A DNA stretch of 64,000 nt from Candidatus Saccharimonadales bacterium (GTDB taxonomy: Bacteria; Patescibacteriota; Saccharimonadia; Saccharimonadales; EFPC-124). The translations under genes were made by a program, and so were the position numbers. Below are positions 54,192 to 63,781 of the stretch, one piece after another (positions within the stretch are counted from its first letter, which is position 1; each line of letters starts with the position of its first letter). Where the stretch lies: contig JBOHNX010000001.1 in the NCBI GenBank assembly GCA_050730875.1, positions 489,972 to 553,971 of the forward strand, given 5' to 3'. The notes under the pieces are model-generated. The model did not search any database and had not been told where the DNA came from. It saw only the letters and a program-made list of their open reading frames with translations.

Positions 54192-54652
54192 ACGTCGAGT
54201 ACTTTGAGTCCTGTCTCATCATCGTGTTTGCGTTTGAGCGGTTGGTAGCTGCGATGCACAAAAAGCTCAACCGTTGCGCCGGCCACAAAATCTTTTACAT
54301 GACCACTGACGGTTTGATAATTTTCGTCACCAAATGCGCCGTGCAAGTGAAACATCAGTTTACCGTCTCCGCCAAACGCAAAGTTGCCCTGCATACTTGC
54401 CATTTCGCGAAGACCGTCGAACTTCTTCCACTGATATTCTTTGGTCTCGAGATTATAAAAACCGAGCTCAACTTCCTGCACGCCACCAATACCATTCACC
54501 CAAGCGCCTTCGCACTCGGTTTCTTTGGCGAACTGCGTAAAGACATCACTAAAACGCTCGCCTTTTTGTAATCGGACAAAGTAATTAAAACTGTCGAATG
54601 TATACGTCATACCGCTATTGTACAGATAGAATAATACCAACACAAAGCCCAT
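54188..54652 (-). CDS. PPC-domain (DUF296) protein; start probably at 54610 (MTYTFDS...)
   Basis: ...GIGGVQEVELGFY...MFHLHGAFGDENYQTVSGHV... is typical of PPC/DUF296. Its stop overlaps the rsmA start (ATGA). Confidence 0.6.
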   Translation of the reverse strand: MGFVLVLFYLYNSGMTYTFDSFNYFVRLQKGERFSDVFTQFAKETECEGAWVNGIGGVQEVELGFYNLETKEYQWKKFDGLREMASMQGNFAFGGDGKLMFHLHGAFGDENYQTVSGHVKDFVAGATVELFVHRSYQPLKRKHDDETGLKVLDV

Positions 54653-54788
54653 CTCCTACCCAGCGCCTGACCGGCCAAAAACTTCCAGCCTTCGATCGAC
54701 GTAACTATAGTTATGCCTCACTCAGCCTGAAAGTTTCTGACTCGCTCAGATCATCTGGCTATGAGGATGGTTTTGTGTTGGTATTACT

Positions 54789-55937
54789 CTAGCGGTAAAT
54801 ATCTTGTAGGCTAAGCTTGCGCGTACAGCCTGGCCATGGTTGCCAACCGCGACGCTGGTAGGTTTCATGGGCTTTCTGATCTTGAATGGCTGGAGGTGCT
54901 TCGTGCGGGTAGTGGTAGCCGGCGTAGTTTGCCCAGGTGCTTAAGTTGTATTGGTAGGCACCATAGTAGCCGTTACCACTGTTACGGTCATAGCGGCCGC
55001 CTGCCTCACATTGTCGGAGTCGTGCGAGCGCTTCGCCAAAGCCGCCGCTAAAGCCGTTCGTTTTCGTACCGACAATTTCGACTTGTTTCTTTGGCTCGAC
55101 GGTTACGACGCTTTGGATTTCGGTGCGGCCGATTTCTTTGCCGTCGCGCAGCTCAATTTGGTAGGTCACAACTTTTTTACCAAGCACGCCAGGTGTTTTG
55201 ACTTGGCGGTACCCGACTTCGCGGTCGGCATCTTGAATATTTTCTGTTTCGAATGATACGTCTTGCTCTTCGGTTACTACTTGTGAACCTTCGCGGTAGA
55301 CAACGACCGTCATGCCTTCTGTTGTAGGCGAATCAGCCGCTGGCGTCACGCGGTCGTCTGCTTGCAGGTTTACGCCTTTTTCTTTCAGCAACTCACCTAC
55401 TGTGGTTGCTTGTGTCCGTGCTTGGACCACTTTGCCGTACAGCACAAAGGTGAACGGTGTTGCGCGATCGATAGTTAGCTTAAGGCCAACGCCACCTTCA
55501 CGGACAAAATTGTTAATCCGTTCAAGATGAAACTCGTCCTCTGGATATACCTTAAGCCCTGCCCCTTCAGCAATAGTGCGACCACTGGTGTGCGGGGTCA
55601 TAACCTGGTAGCGCTGGGCGCCGTCAACGATATTAACTGGGCGCGCGCGGTAAATATTGATGTTGTAGCTTGGGGCAACTAGTTGCGTGCCGCGTGCTGG
55701 TTCGACAGCATCGTGCTCGCTTAAAGGAATTTGGGTGCGTTCGAGGACTTCGGCAACGGTGGTAGCATCGGTAACAAACGTTTGTTCAATGCCATCGTGA
55801 TAAATAGTAATGACGCGCTCGTTTTCAGCATGTAAACCCTTTGGTACAAAAATAAATATCAAAAAAAGGAGCGTTATAAGAAAAACGCCACCCCACCGAA
55901 TACTCCGAGTCCTCACAAGTTTTTGGCAAATTTCCAT
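54789..55937 (-). CDS. RpfB-like protein: TM anchor, DUF348 repeats, G5 domain and Rpf-type transglycosylase-like domain
   Basis: G5-like ...REVGYRQVKTPGVLGKKVVTYQIELRDGKE.... C-terminal CEAGGRY..NSGNGYYGAYQYNLSTW...WPGC matches the Rpf catalytic domain pattern. Confidence 0.75.
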   Translation of the reverse strand: MEICQKLVRTRSIRWGGVFLITLLFLIFIFVPKGLHAENERVITIYHDGIEQTFVTDATTVAEVLERTQIPLSEHDAVEPARGTQLVAPSYNINIYRARPVNIVDGAQRYQVMTPHTSGRTIAEGAGLKVYPEDEFHLERINNFVREGGVGLKLTIDRATPFTFVLYGKVVQARTQATTVGELLKEKGVNLQADDRVTPAADSPTTEGMTVVVYREGSQVVTEEQDVSFETENIQDADREVGYRQVKTPGVLGKKVVTYQIELRDGKEIGRTEIQSVVTVEPKKQVEIVGTKTNGFSGGFGEALARLRQCEAGGRYDRNSGNGYYGAYQYNLSTWANYAGYHYPHEAPPAIQDQKAHETYQRRGWQPWPGCTRKLSLQDIYR

Positions 55938-55985
55938 AGGAATAGAGGTAACGCTAGCTAGTATAACAAATTTTGTACGTAGGCA

Positions 55986-56477
55986 CTACGCCTTCTGAGG
56001 GGCGGTTTTCATGAGTTCGAGCGCTTTATCTACCGTTTTACTATGCTGAGCCGGAAGGTGGTCGAGCGGGAACCAAGCAGCATCGAGCATCTCGAGGCGG
56101 CGGTGACGAGCAAGCTGCGGCGGCCGCTTTGCCACGTGAGCTTTAAGGCAGGCAATAGTGAATGGCGCAGCGGTATCAGAGCTCAAAAATGTTCCAAGCA
56201 TCTCCAGCTGATCCCTGACCAAGCGGAGACCTGTTTCTTCATAGACTTCTCGTACCCCTGCTTCTTGCGGCGTTTCGCGGCGCTTAATGCCACCACCAGG
56301 GAGTGTCCAGCGCTGACGACCAAGCCAGCTTTTTACCAACAACACCTCTTTTTTGTCATTTACAATAAGCACGCGGACTCGCACGTGCTTTTCGCTTAGA
56401 TACAGCCTCATTAATGGTGCCAGCGTTGTGTAGGCGAGCCGGCCAAGAGAAGCGTATGCTTTTGTCGATCTTTTCAT
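55986..56477 (-). CDS. NUDIX hydrolase
   Basis: Nudix box GGGIKRRETPQEAGVREVYEETGL. Confidence 0.8.
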   Translation of the reverse strand: MKRSTKAYASLGRLAYTTLAPLMRLYLSEKHVRVRVLIVNDKKEVLLVKSWLGRQRWTLPGGGIKRRETPQEAGVREVYEETGLRLVRDQLEMLGTFLSSDTAAPFTIACLKAHVAKRPPQLARHRRLEMLDAAWFPLDHLPAQHSKTVDKALELMKTAPQKA

Positions 56478-56492
56478 GCTTATGGTTTTATA

Positions 56493-59400
56493 TTACTCAA
56501 CTCTTTGCAAAGGCGCAAAGTCTAGGTTGAGCTTTTTCACGCCGCGGCCAGCAAAGCTGACCGAGACAGTAGAGTCCTCAATGGCTACAATTCGCCCTTG
56601 GCCAAATACCTTGTGGCGCACTTGGTCACCAACTGAAAGCTCAAGATCTTCCGGTACAATTCGTGGTTCATTCGAAGGCGCTGCGCTAGGCGGTGCATAG
56701 CCAAATGGTGGCGCCTGGCCAATATCGGCTTGGCCATCTATATCTGCCAAAAAGCGTGACGGTGGGTTATGCTGCACCGATCCGTAAAGCATGCGGCTCG
56801 AGGCGGCTGTAAGGTAGAGTTCTTCGCGTGCACGCGTCATGCCCACGTAACAGAGGCGGCGCTCTTCCTCCATTTCGTCTTGGTCGTATAGGGCACGGCT
56901 GTGCGGAAAAGTGCTTTCCTCTAGGCCGACCATAAAGACCACTGGGAACTCCAGACCTTTGGCGGCGTGGATGGTCATCAGCATAACAGCATCCTGGTTT
57001 GCCTCTACCGTGTCGAGGTCCGAAATAAGCGCTACTTCTTCGAGGAAGCCAGTCAATCCAAGATCAGCATATTCGCGTGCCACCGACACAAGCTCTTTCA
57101 CGTTTTCGGCGCGGTCCTCGGCCTGAATACTGCCGTCGTCTAAATAGGTGAGGTAGCCAATTCGCTTGATGAGTACTTCAATAAGCTCTGGCAGTGGCAT
57201 AGTTTCGCTGGCCTCTTTGAGCCGGGCCAGCATTTCGCCTAAATCGGCCAAACTCTTGCGGGCTTTTGGCGTAAGGCCTTGGGCTTGGTCGGCATATTGC
57301 AAGGCGGCCAGCAACGTATGACCTTCGCGCGATTGCCAGTCTAAGAACTTCTGCACCGACACTGCACCAAGGCCGCGGGTCGGCACGTTTACAATTCTCA
57401 AAAAACTCGCACGATCAGCCGGTTGGTACAACAAGCGTAAGTATGCAATGAGGTCTTTGATTTCCTTGCGGTCGTAGAAACGAACGCCGCCCACCATCCG
57501 GTATGGCACACCGTAGCGGATAAACGCTTCTTCGATGGCGCGCGACTGGGCGTTGGTTCGGTAGAGCACTGCAAAATCTTTGAAGCGCCGGATCTTTAAA
57601 TCGACCGCTGTTTTAACGCGCGATACCACGTGCTCGCCTTCGTGTGTTTCGGACCCGACGTACTGAATTTGCACCGGTGCGCCGGAGCCGGCTTTGGTCC
57701 ACAGCGCCTTGTCGGAACGCTGAGTGTTTTTGGTAATCACATTATGCGCAGCATCCAAAATATTCTTGGTGCTACGATAGTTTTCTTCAAGCTTAATTAT
57801 CAGAGCGTTTGGATAATCGCGTTCAAAATTAAGAATGTTCTTAAAATCGGCCCCACGCCAGCTGTAGATGGAATTGTGCACCGCCACACCATCTGCGACG
57901 TAGTTATGGACTTTTTCAATATCCAAATCGTACACGAAGCCAGAGTGCGACTTCCGGCCGACATCAACTATTTTGTCTTCAATTATGCTGCTACCTTCAA
58001 CCACGGTCACTTCCATGCCGGAATGAACCTGGCTAGCTGGCATAAATAAGAACTTTTGGCCGGTTAAGAACCCGTACTTACTTACCTCCAAGGTATTGTC
58101 GCCAGTTTGCAGCTCTTCAAGCGTTTGTTCAATCTTTCCGTAATCCAGATTATGAATTTCTGCCCGGAATGTACCCGCCCGGCCAGCCCGTACGGCATGC
58201 CCCAGTGTTTCGAAAACCTGCAAATCGCGGCGGTCAGTCGTATTAACCGAAATTCTACTAGCCGACCACGGGCTTTGGTTTGATACCCGTTTATCTCCAA
58301 ACAGCACCACATTTACGTTCACCCTTTTACGGCCATTGCGCGTGGTAGCTTGAGGTAAAAAGTGCGGATAGTCAAACACCAGACCTAGCTCGGCCATCAT
58401 CTTCTGCGCTCGCGCTTCAGTATCGATCTCCCGATAGATTGCATCAATGTATTTTTGGCTAAACCGCATAGCTCGATTCGAAAATGCATGGAAAACGGTC
58501 ATCGGAATCCCGTACTTATAGGCCTGGAGTGATTCTGTGAACAGCGCTTCTTCGCGACTTTTGCAAGCTTTAAGCACCCACATTCTATCTGCACGCTCCT
58601 GGTTTGCCCGTACCCGCAAGCCAGTAGCATCTTTTTTACCATCAAATCTGGTGCCTTTGGCAACACCAATCCGATACCCTTTGCCGCGTGAATACATGAG
58701 ATACACAAAGTAGAGATCGCTTTTTGGCCACCTCGCGAACAAAAGGTGATTCGGCGTGCAAGCAAGCTCTTTGCCTGACGCTGTTTTAATGTAAACAAGT
58801 TCACCTTTATAAGAAAATTTTTTTCGGCTCAAGACCTTGAAGTAGTTTGTTTTGCCATAGCCGCTTGCCGAGCGAACGAGCGTGCCTTTTGTTACATCTT
58901 CAATCCTTGTAGGACCTTCCGTTGTCTCGACGAGGCTGCCAGGAGGCAGGCATTGCCAGTCGTCCCCGACTACGCAGAGGTTTTTGTGTTCGTTCACTAG
59001 CAGTTTTACTAAATTGTACTGTGCGGCGTTGGTGTCCTGGTACTCGTCGATCAGAATGTATCTGAACTGTTTTTGCCATTTTTGGCGAATTTCGGGGACT
59101 GTTTTAAAGAGTTTGACGGTTTGGCCAATGAGATCGTCGAAGTCTAGTGCAGCGGCATCGCGCCGAATGCGCTCATAAATGCGGTAGGCATCGGCGGCGA
59201 CTTGCTGGAGGGGCAGGCGTGCGTGCGAAGCGTACTCGTCTGGGGTTACGAGTTCGTTTTTGGCACTGCTAATAAGTGAGCTCACGGAACGCGGGCTGTA
59301 CTGTTTTTCACTCACGCCTAATTCTTTGAGCGCCTGTTTTACAGCGCTCTGGCGGTCACTTTCGTCAAAAATAACGTAGTTGCGCGGCAGACCAATATGT

Positions 59401-59717
59401 TCGCCGTCCATGCGCAGTAAACGCACGCAGATCGAGTGGAATGTACCCATAAACGGCATAAATGCGCGGTCGGTGGCGTCTTCGCTCAGTAAATGGCCTA
59501 AGCGTTCACGCATTTCTTTGGCAGCTTTGTTAGTAAACGTAACGGCCAAAATTTGATTTGGACGGGCTTTGCCGCTGGCAATTAGGTAGGCAATACGGTG
59601 GGTTAGTGTTTTGGTTTTTCCGGAGCCGGCGCCAGCCAGGATGAGCAGCGGTCCTTCGGTTTGTTCGGCGGCTTTGCGCTGCTGCGGGTTTAGTTCGGCG
59701 AGTAATTGATCTATCAC
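56493..59717 (-). CDS. pcrA: ATP-dependent DNA helicase PcrA/UvrD, interrupted by an in-frame intein
   Basis: Motif I AGAGSGKT, motif II LIDEYQDTN, split motif III VGDDWQ|...|SIYSWRGA, then YRTNAQSR, TIHAAKGLEF and VGMTRAREEL. 714 aa without the insert. Confidence 0.9.
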   Translation of the reverse strand: MIDQLLAELNPQQRKAAEQTEGPLLILAGAGSGKTKTLTHRIAYLIASGKARPNQILAVTFTNKAAKEMRERLGHLLSEDATDRAFMPFMGTFHSICVRLLRMDGEHIGLPRNYVIFDESDRQSAVKQALKELGVSEKQYSPRSVSSLISSAKNELVTPDEYASHARLPLQQVAADAYRIYERIRRDAAALDFDDLIGQTVKLFKTVPEIRQKWQKQFRYILIDEYQDTNAAQYNLVKLLVNEHKNLCVVGDDWQCLPPGSLVETTEGPTRIEDVTKGTLVRSASGYGKTNYFKVLSRKKFSYKGELVYIKTASGKELACTPNHLLFARWPKSDLYFVYLMYSRGKGYRIGVAKGTRFDGKKDATGLRVRANQERADRMWVLKACKSREEALFTESLQAYKYGIPMTVFHAFSNRAMRFSQKYIDAIYREIDTEARAQKMMAELGLVFDYPHFLPQATTRNGRKRVNVNVVLFGDKRVSNQSPWSASRISVNTTDRRDLQVFETLGHAVRAGRAGTFRAEIHNLDYGKIEQTLEELQTGDNTLEVSKYGFLTGQKFLFMPASQVHSGMEVTVVEGSSIIEDKIVDVGRKSHSGFVYDLDIEKVHNYVADGVAVHNSIYSWRGADFKNILNFERDYPNALIIKLEENYRSTKNILDAAHNVITKNTQRSDKALWTKAGSGAPVQIQYVGSETHEGEHVVSRVKTAVDLKIRRFKDFAVLYRTNAQSRAIEEAFIRYGVPYRMVGGVRFYDRKEIKDLIAYLRLLYQPADRASFLRIVNVPTRGLGAVSVQKFLDWQSREGHTLLAALQYADQAQGLTPKARKSLADLGEMLARLKEASETMPLPELIEVLIKRIGYLTYLDDGSIQAEDRAENVKELVSVAREYADLGLTGFLEEVALISDLDTVEANQDAVMLMTIHAAKGLEFPVVFMVGLEESTFPHSRALYDQDEMEEERRLCYVGMTRAREELYLTAASSRMLYGSVQHNPPSRFLADIDGQADIGQAPPFGYAPPSAAPSNEPRIVPEDLELSVGDQVRHKVFGQGRIVAIEDSTVSVSFAGRGVKKLNLDFAPLQRVE
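57873..58952 (-). mobile_element. intein (360 aa) inserted in helicase motif III of PcrA
   Basis: Begins CLPPGSLVETTEG (block A Cys1), has TPNHLLF (block B TxxH), and ends GFVYDLDIEKVHNYVADGVAVHN followed by the +1 Ser of SIYSWRGA. The central ~230 aa has no homing-endonuclease motif that I can recognise. Confidence 0.85.
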
Positions 59718-59771
59718 CGCTTAATTGTAGCAAAGCTTACGCTTGGCGATTGGCGTAACCTGCACAACAGA

Positions 59772-61049
59772 TTAGAAGAGTCGAGTGACGTCGGTGCCGC
59801 CGGTGATTATCCAAACAGCTACACCGAAAGCGACTAGCAAAAGCAGGATCAAGAAAGCTATAAGTATCCACCCCCATTTCGAACCGGTGCGGTGAGCAGT
59901 GTGTGCGGGGTCGATTGGCGGGTGATACTGCTTGGTATCAAATACGGGGCGTTCTTCTTTGCTTGGTGCTTTATCGCTAGCCTTGTACTGTGGTGGGATT
60001 GCCATTTTGCTGAGGGCCTGAAGGTTTGTTTCGCTTTCGGCTTCGGCTGGTTTTGCCGGTTCGGGTTCCTCCACTTCTGGCACGGAAGGGACGTTTGGAC
60101 GAAACTCTGGTTCGTTAGATTCAACTGCCACTACTTCCGGACTCAGTTCTTTCTGTTCGGCGGGTAATGGTCCAGGGGTCGGGAGGTCTTCTTTCTTGGG
60201 TGCTTCGGGCTGTACGTCCTCTTCTTCAGCAACTGGTTCTGCGCTAGGCGGCGCGGTTTCGGTGTACGCACCAAGTGGACGCTTTTCTACCTTGGTTTTA
60301 ACAAATGGAGTTGTTGCCGGAGGGGCTTCGGGGGTAGGCTCAGGTGTTTCTTCGGGTTTTGCCTCTGATGCTTTTTCCGCTTCAGCTGGTACTTCGGCAT
60401 CTTTTGGTTCTTCCTCAGCTTGCGTACTAAGAGTCGGCGGTTGCACTTTTAGTTCATGCTTCATGGTCGCCGGCGGCTGGGCAGGTTCATCTTCGTCCTT
60501 AAAACCATGCACTTCCAAAGGATCTGGCCAAGTTTCGTGAGCTCTCTTGGGTGGCTCATCGTGCTTAGCCACATCTTCTTGCATGTTAATAGAGGCTAGT
60601 ACGTCATCGCTGACATCTTGATTAGCTGCTGGTTTTTGTGGTGTGGGCGCAGGAGTGGGCTCTGCCGGCGTTGAAGCAACTGGCGCTGGAGGCTCAGGCG
60701 TGACTGCCTTAGTTGGCTGCAGTGCAGGTGCGGTTCGTTTTGGCTTGGCAGATGGCGGGGTTACACCCGATGCTGGCTTTGGTTGAACAATATCCATAGC
60801 CGCGCCGCGTGGACCGCGGTGTGAGGCAAGCTTTGGCAGAGGACGCTTTACGGTAACTTTGACTGCACCATCGTCTTCTTTGGGTGGTTTTTGTGGCGTT
60901 TGGGACGCAGCAGCGCTAGCTGGCGCTGGATCAGATTTGGATGAAGCTGGTTTTGGAGACTTCTTAGTCTTGCGTTTTACCTCTTCATCCATCAGCGCAT
61001 TTACTTCGCGGTGCAACTGGTCTAAGTCAAATTCGTTTTTCATTCCCAC
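59772..61049 (-). CDS. hypothetical Pro/Ala/Glu-rich protein with C-terminal TM anchor
   Basis: 425 aa of low-complexity P/A/E/K-rich sequence. C-terminal WGWILIAFLILLLLVAFGVAVWII. Confidence 0.6.
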   Translation of the reverse strand: MGMKNEFDLDQLHREVNALMDEEVKRKTKKSPKPASSKSDPAPASAAASQTPQKPPKEDDGAVKVTVKRPLPKLASHRGPRGAAMDIVQPKPASGVTPPSAKPKRTAPALQPTKAVTPEPPAPVASTPAEPTPAPTPQKPAANQDVSDDVLASINMQEDVAKHDEPPKRAHETWPDPLEVHGFKDEDEPAQPPATMKHELKVQPPTLSTQAEEEPKDAEVPAEAEKASEAKPEETPEPTPEAPPATTPFVKTKVEKRPLGAYTETAPPSAEPVAEEEDVQPEAPKKEDLPTPGPLPAEQKELSPEVVAVESNEPEFRPNVPSVPEVEEPEPAKPAEAESETNLQALSKMAIPPQYKASDKAPSKEERPVFDTKQYHPPIDPAHTAHRTGSKWGWILIAFLILLLLVAFGVAVWIITGGTDVTRLF

Positions 61050-61059
61050 CCTTTAATTG

Positions 61060-61827
61060 TCACACAGTTTGCAGTTCGTGTGCACGTTTTACAATTTTCG
61101 CCATAACGTCTGCCTTGAGACTTGCACCGCCAATCAGCAGCCCATCGACACCCTCGGCTGCCAGATACCCACCTGCATTATCGGCATCTACACTGCCGCC
61201 GTATAGCATTGGGACTTTGGTGGAGACTTCCTTACCAAAGAGCGCTTCGATGTGTTTGCGTGCCATTTTGATTGCTTGTACAGCGTCGTCAGCTTTTGCG
61301 AAATCGCCGGTGCCAATGGCCCAAACGGGTTCGTAGGCAATGATTACTTTTTCCATTTCCTCAGAGGTGACATTGGCAAGGCCGGCAGTAACTTGGGCAT
61401 GGATTGCGTGCGCGGTTTCGTTATTGGCGCGCTCGTGCTTGGTTTCGCCGATGCACAAAATTGGTCGCATGCCGTTGCGGACAACTGCTTGGACTTTATG
61501 GGCGATAAGCTTGTCGTTTTCGCCAAAAATATGGCGGCGTTCGGAGTGGCCAACGAGCACGTAATCTACTAATCCGCGCAACATGGTGGCGGAGATCTCA
61601 CCAGTAAATGCCCCTTCGTCCTGGAAGTGGCAATTTTGAGCGCCAAGTTTGAACTTACGGCGATCGATTTGCAATGAAAGTGACTGGAGCGTCAGCAAAT
61701 TGGGACATAGTACCACTTCGGTGTCGCGGTAAGCGGTAATTTTTTCCTGTAATTTATGCAGAAATAAACTAGCTTCACCAGTGGTGAAGTGCATTTTCCA
61801 GTTAGCAACGAGTAATGTTTTCGCCAT
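61060..61827 (-). CDS. tpiA: triose-phosphate isomerase
   Basis: ANWKMH, VGHSERR, AYEPVWAIGTG and GGSV motifs. Confidence 0.95.
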   Translation of the reverse strand: MAKTLLVANWKMHFTTGEASLFLHKLQEKITAYRDTEVVLCPNLLTLQSLSLQIDRRKFKLGAQNCHFQDEGAFTGEISATMLRGLVDYVLVGHSERRHIFGENDKLIAHKVQAVVRNGMRPILCIGETKHERANNETAHAIHAQVTAGLANVTSEEMEKVIIAYEPVWAIGTGDFAKADDAVQAIKMARKHIEALFGKEVSTKVPMLYGGSVDADNAGGYLAAEGVDGLLIGGASLKADVMAKIVKRAHELQTV

Positions 61828-61890
61828 GCCCCGGTCGTGCTTATGCTTTTATTGATTCAAGTGTAGCAGGTTATACGCCGTTCCCACAAC

Positions 61891-63108
61891 TCATTCCATA
61901 AGTGCTGCTACACCCGGAAGAGTGTCGCCGGCCATTAACTGCAAGCTTGCGCCGCCGCCGGTTGAAACATGGCCGAAGCTTGCGCCCTTATGGCTATCCC
62001 AGTGCAGTACAAAATCGGCTGTGTCGCCGCCGCCTACTAGGCTAAAGGTGTGTGCTTTTTGTTGTGCGAGCGCCGTAGCAAGCTTGGCAGAGCTGTAGGC
62101 AAATGCTTCGTGTTCGGCCAGGCCGAGCGTGCCATTCCAGATGACCGAATGGGCGTTTTTAATATGTGCCAGCATGTTTTCCGTACTCTTCGGGCCGAGA
62201 TCTAAGATGTACTCGTCTTCTGTGACATCATGCGCGCTTACAATTGTGCGACGATGATCTGTGCTGAGTTCTGGCGCCACAGCGACGTCGACTGGCAATA
62301 GAATAAATTCGTCCACTTTATCGCCTACCTTAGCGCGCGCAGCACTATAAATCCGCTCCAGCACCGGCTCTTGTCCATCTTCGTGCACACTTTTACCAAT
62401 TGGCAGGCCTTTATATTTCAAGAAAGTATTGGCCATGGCACCACCAATAACAATTTGGTCGGCAAGTTCGACAAAGCGTTCTATGACTTTAATTTTGTCG
62501 CTTATTTTTGCCCCACCAAGCACTGCTACCAGCGGGCGGGGTGGGTTTTGCATGGCTGCCGTAATTGTTTTTACTTCTTTTTCGATCAACAACCCGGCAA
62601 CACTTGGCAAAACATGCGTAATGGCATCGGTGCTGGCGTGGGCGCGGTGCACGACGCCAAAGCCATCTTGCACAAAATAGGTTGCGCCGCTACTTTCGGC
62701 GAGCTGCTTGGCAAAAGTTTGGTCGTTTTGTTCTTCGCCCGGGTGAAATCGGAGATTTTCGAGTAGTAATACCCGACTGTTGGCAAGATGTTTTACCGCT
62801 ACTTTTACTCGGTCGCCAATACATTCGGGCACAAATCCCACCGGCTCACCTAACAATTCTCCAAGCCGAACGGCGACCGACTCTAAACTAAATTTCGGAT
62901 TAACAGTGCCTTCGGGCCGGCCAAGATGCGAGCAAACAACAACTTTGCAGCCAGCATGGATAAGGTATTTTAGCGTTGGCAGCGAGGCGCGAATGCGGTA
63001 ATCATCGGCAATGGTGCCATTATCGTTGAGCGGAACATTGTAGTCTGCCCGCACAAGCACAGTTTGGCGCTCGATAGGCACATCTTTTACTGTTTTTTTA
63101 GAGAACAT
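61891..63108 (-). CDS. pgk: phosphoglycerate kinase
   Basis: RADYNVPL, SHLGRPEG, LENLRFHPGEE and STGGGASL motifs. Confidence 0.95.
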   Translation of the reverse strand: MFSKKTVKDVPIERQTVLVRADYNVPLNDNGTIADDYRIRASLPTLKYLIHAGCKVVVCSHLGRPEGTVNPKFSLESVAVRLGELLGEPVGFVPECIGDRVKVAVKHLANSRVLLLENLRFHPGEEQNDQTFAKQLAESSGATYFVQDGFGVVHRAHASTDAITHVLPSVAGLLIEKEVKTITAAMQNPPRPLVAVLGGAKISDKIKVIERFVELADQIVIGGAMANTFLKYKGLPIGKSVHEDGQEPVLERIYSAARAKVGDKVDEFILLPVDVAVAPELSTDHRRTIVSAHDVTEDEYILDLGPKSTENMLAHIKNAHSVIWNGTLGLAEHEAFAYSSAKLATALAQQKAHTFSLVGGGDTADFVLHWDSHKGASFGHVSTGGGASLQLMAGDTLPGVAALME

Positions 63109-63250
63109 TGCAAAAACACGCTTATGGTTTACTACGGATGATTATACCATTGCCCCGCGGTTCCATCGACGACAGCAACGAGAGATTTTTAATATTTTTT
63201 TTAATTAACATAATTTATTATTATATACAGTCATCTTCTTTTCGGGAGGC

Positions 63251-63724
63251 GTGATGTACCACTCAAAGCCGGACACTTCGCCAGGAGCCCTGACGCTCGG
63301 CGATGCGGTAAGGACGTTCAACAGACTCATTAAAGAAAGAGAGTACGCCGCACAAGTTTTGGGCACGGGCATCGACCCCGCCCTCCTTGAGACCTGGCCC
63401 TTGTCGCAAACCGAGAATTACCTCGAGTGCCTGCTGCTGAGTCGCGCTACCGTGCACGCGCAGATTGCCAAGCTTTCACTCCCCAGTGCACGCCAGCAGA
63501 TTGTCGACAATGCGCGCACGCTACGGAACTTGCAACACAAGGTGCTCGAGCTCTGGCAGCTGTTCTGCTCACGAGCCACTGAAGACCGGGAGCTGCAATT
63601 TTTGAGCGCCCGCGAACAGCTTGTAGCGCTTACGGCGCAGTGCGGCTTTCACCCCATGGCGACACTAGGTACACTGCAAAGAATGCACTCAGCCCGGTGC
63701 GTGGTATGTCGGACGAAACAATGA
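63251..63724 (+). CDS. hypothetical protein
   Basis: 157-aa ORF with GGGAGG Shine-Dalgarno. The ATG at 63254 is an alternative start. No motif recognised. Confidence 0.5.
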   Translation: MMYHSKPDTSPGALTLGDAVRTFNRLIKEREYAAQVLGTGIDPALLETWPLSQTENYLECLLLSRATVHAQIAKLSLPSARQQIVDNARTLRNLQHKVLELWQLFCSRATEDRELQFLSAREQLVALTAQCGFHPMATLGTLQRMHSARCVVCRTKQ

Positions 63725-63735
63725 AGATGACGATG

Positions 63736-63774
63736 CCCCGCGAGGATCTTAGGCAAAAGGTAGTCCTCGCGGGG
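63736..63774. terminator. bidirectional terminator between convergent genes
   Basis: 11-bp stem CCCCGCGAGGA / TCCTCGCGGGG followed by TTTGG. Confidence 0.55.
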
Positions 63775-63781
63775 TTTGGTC

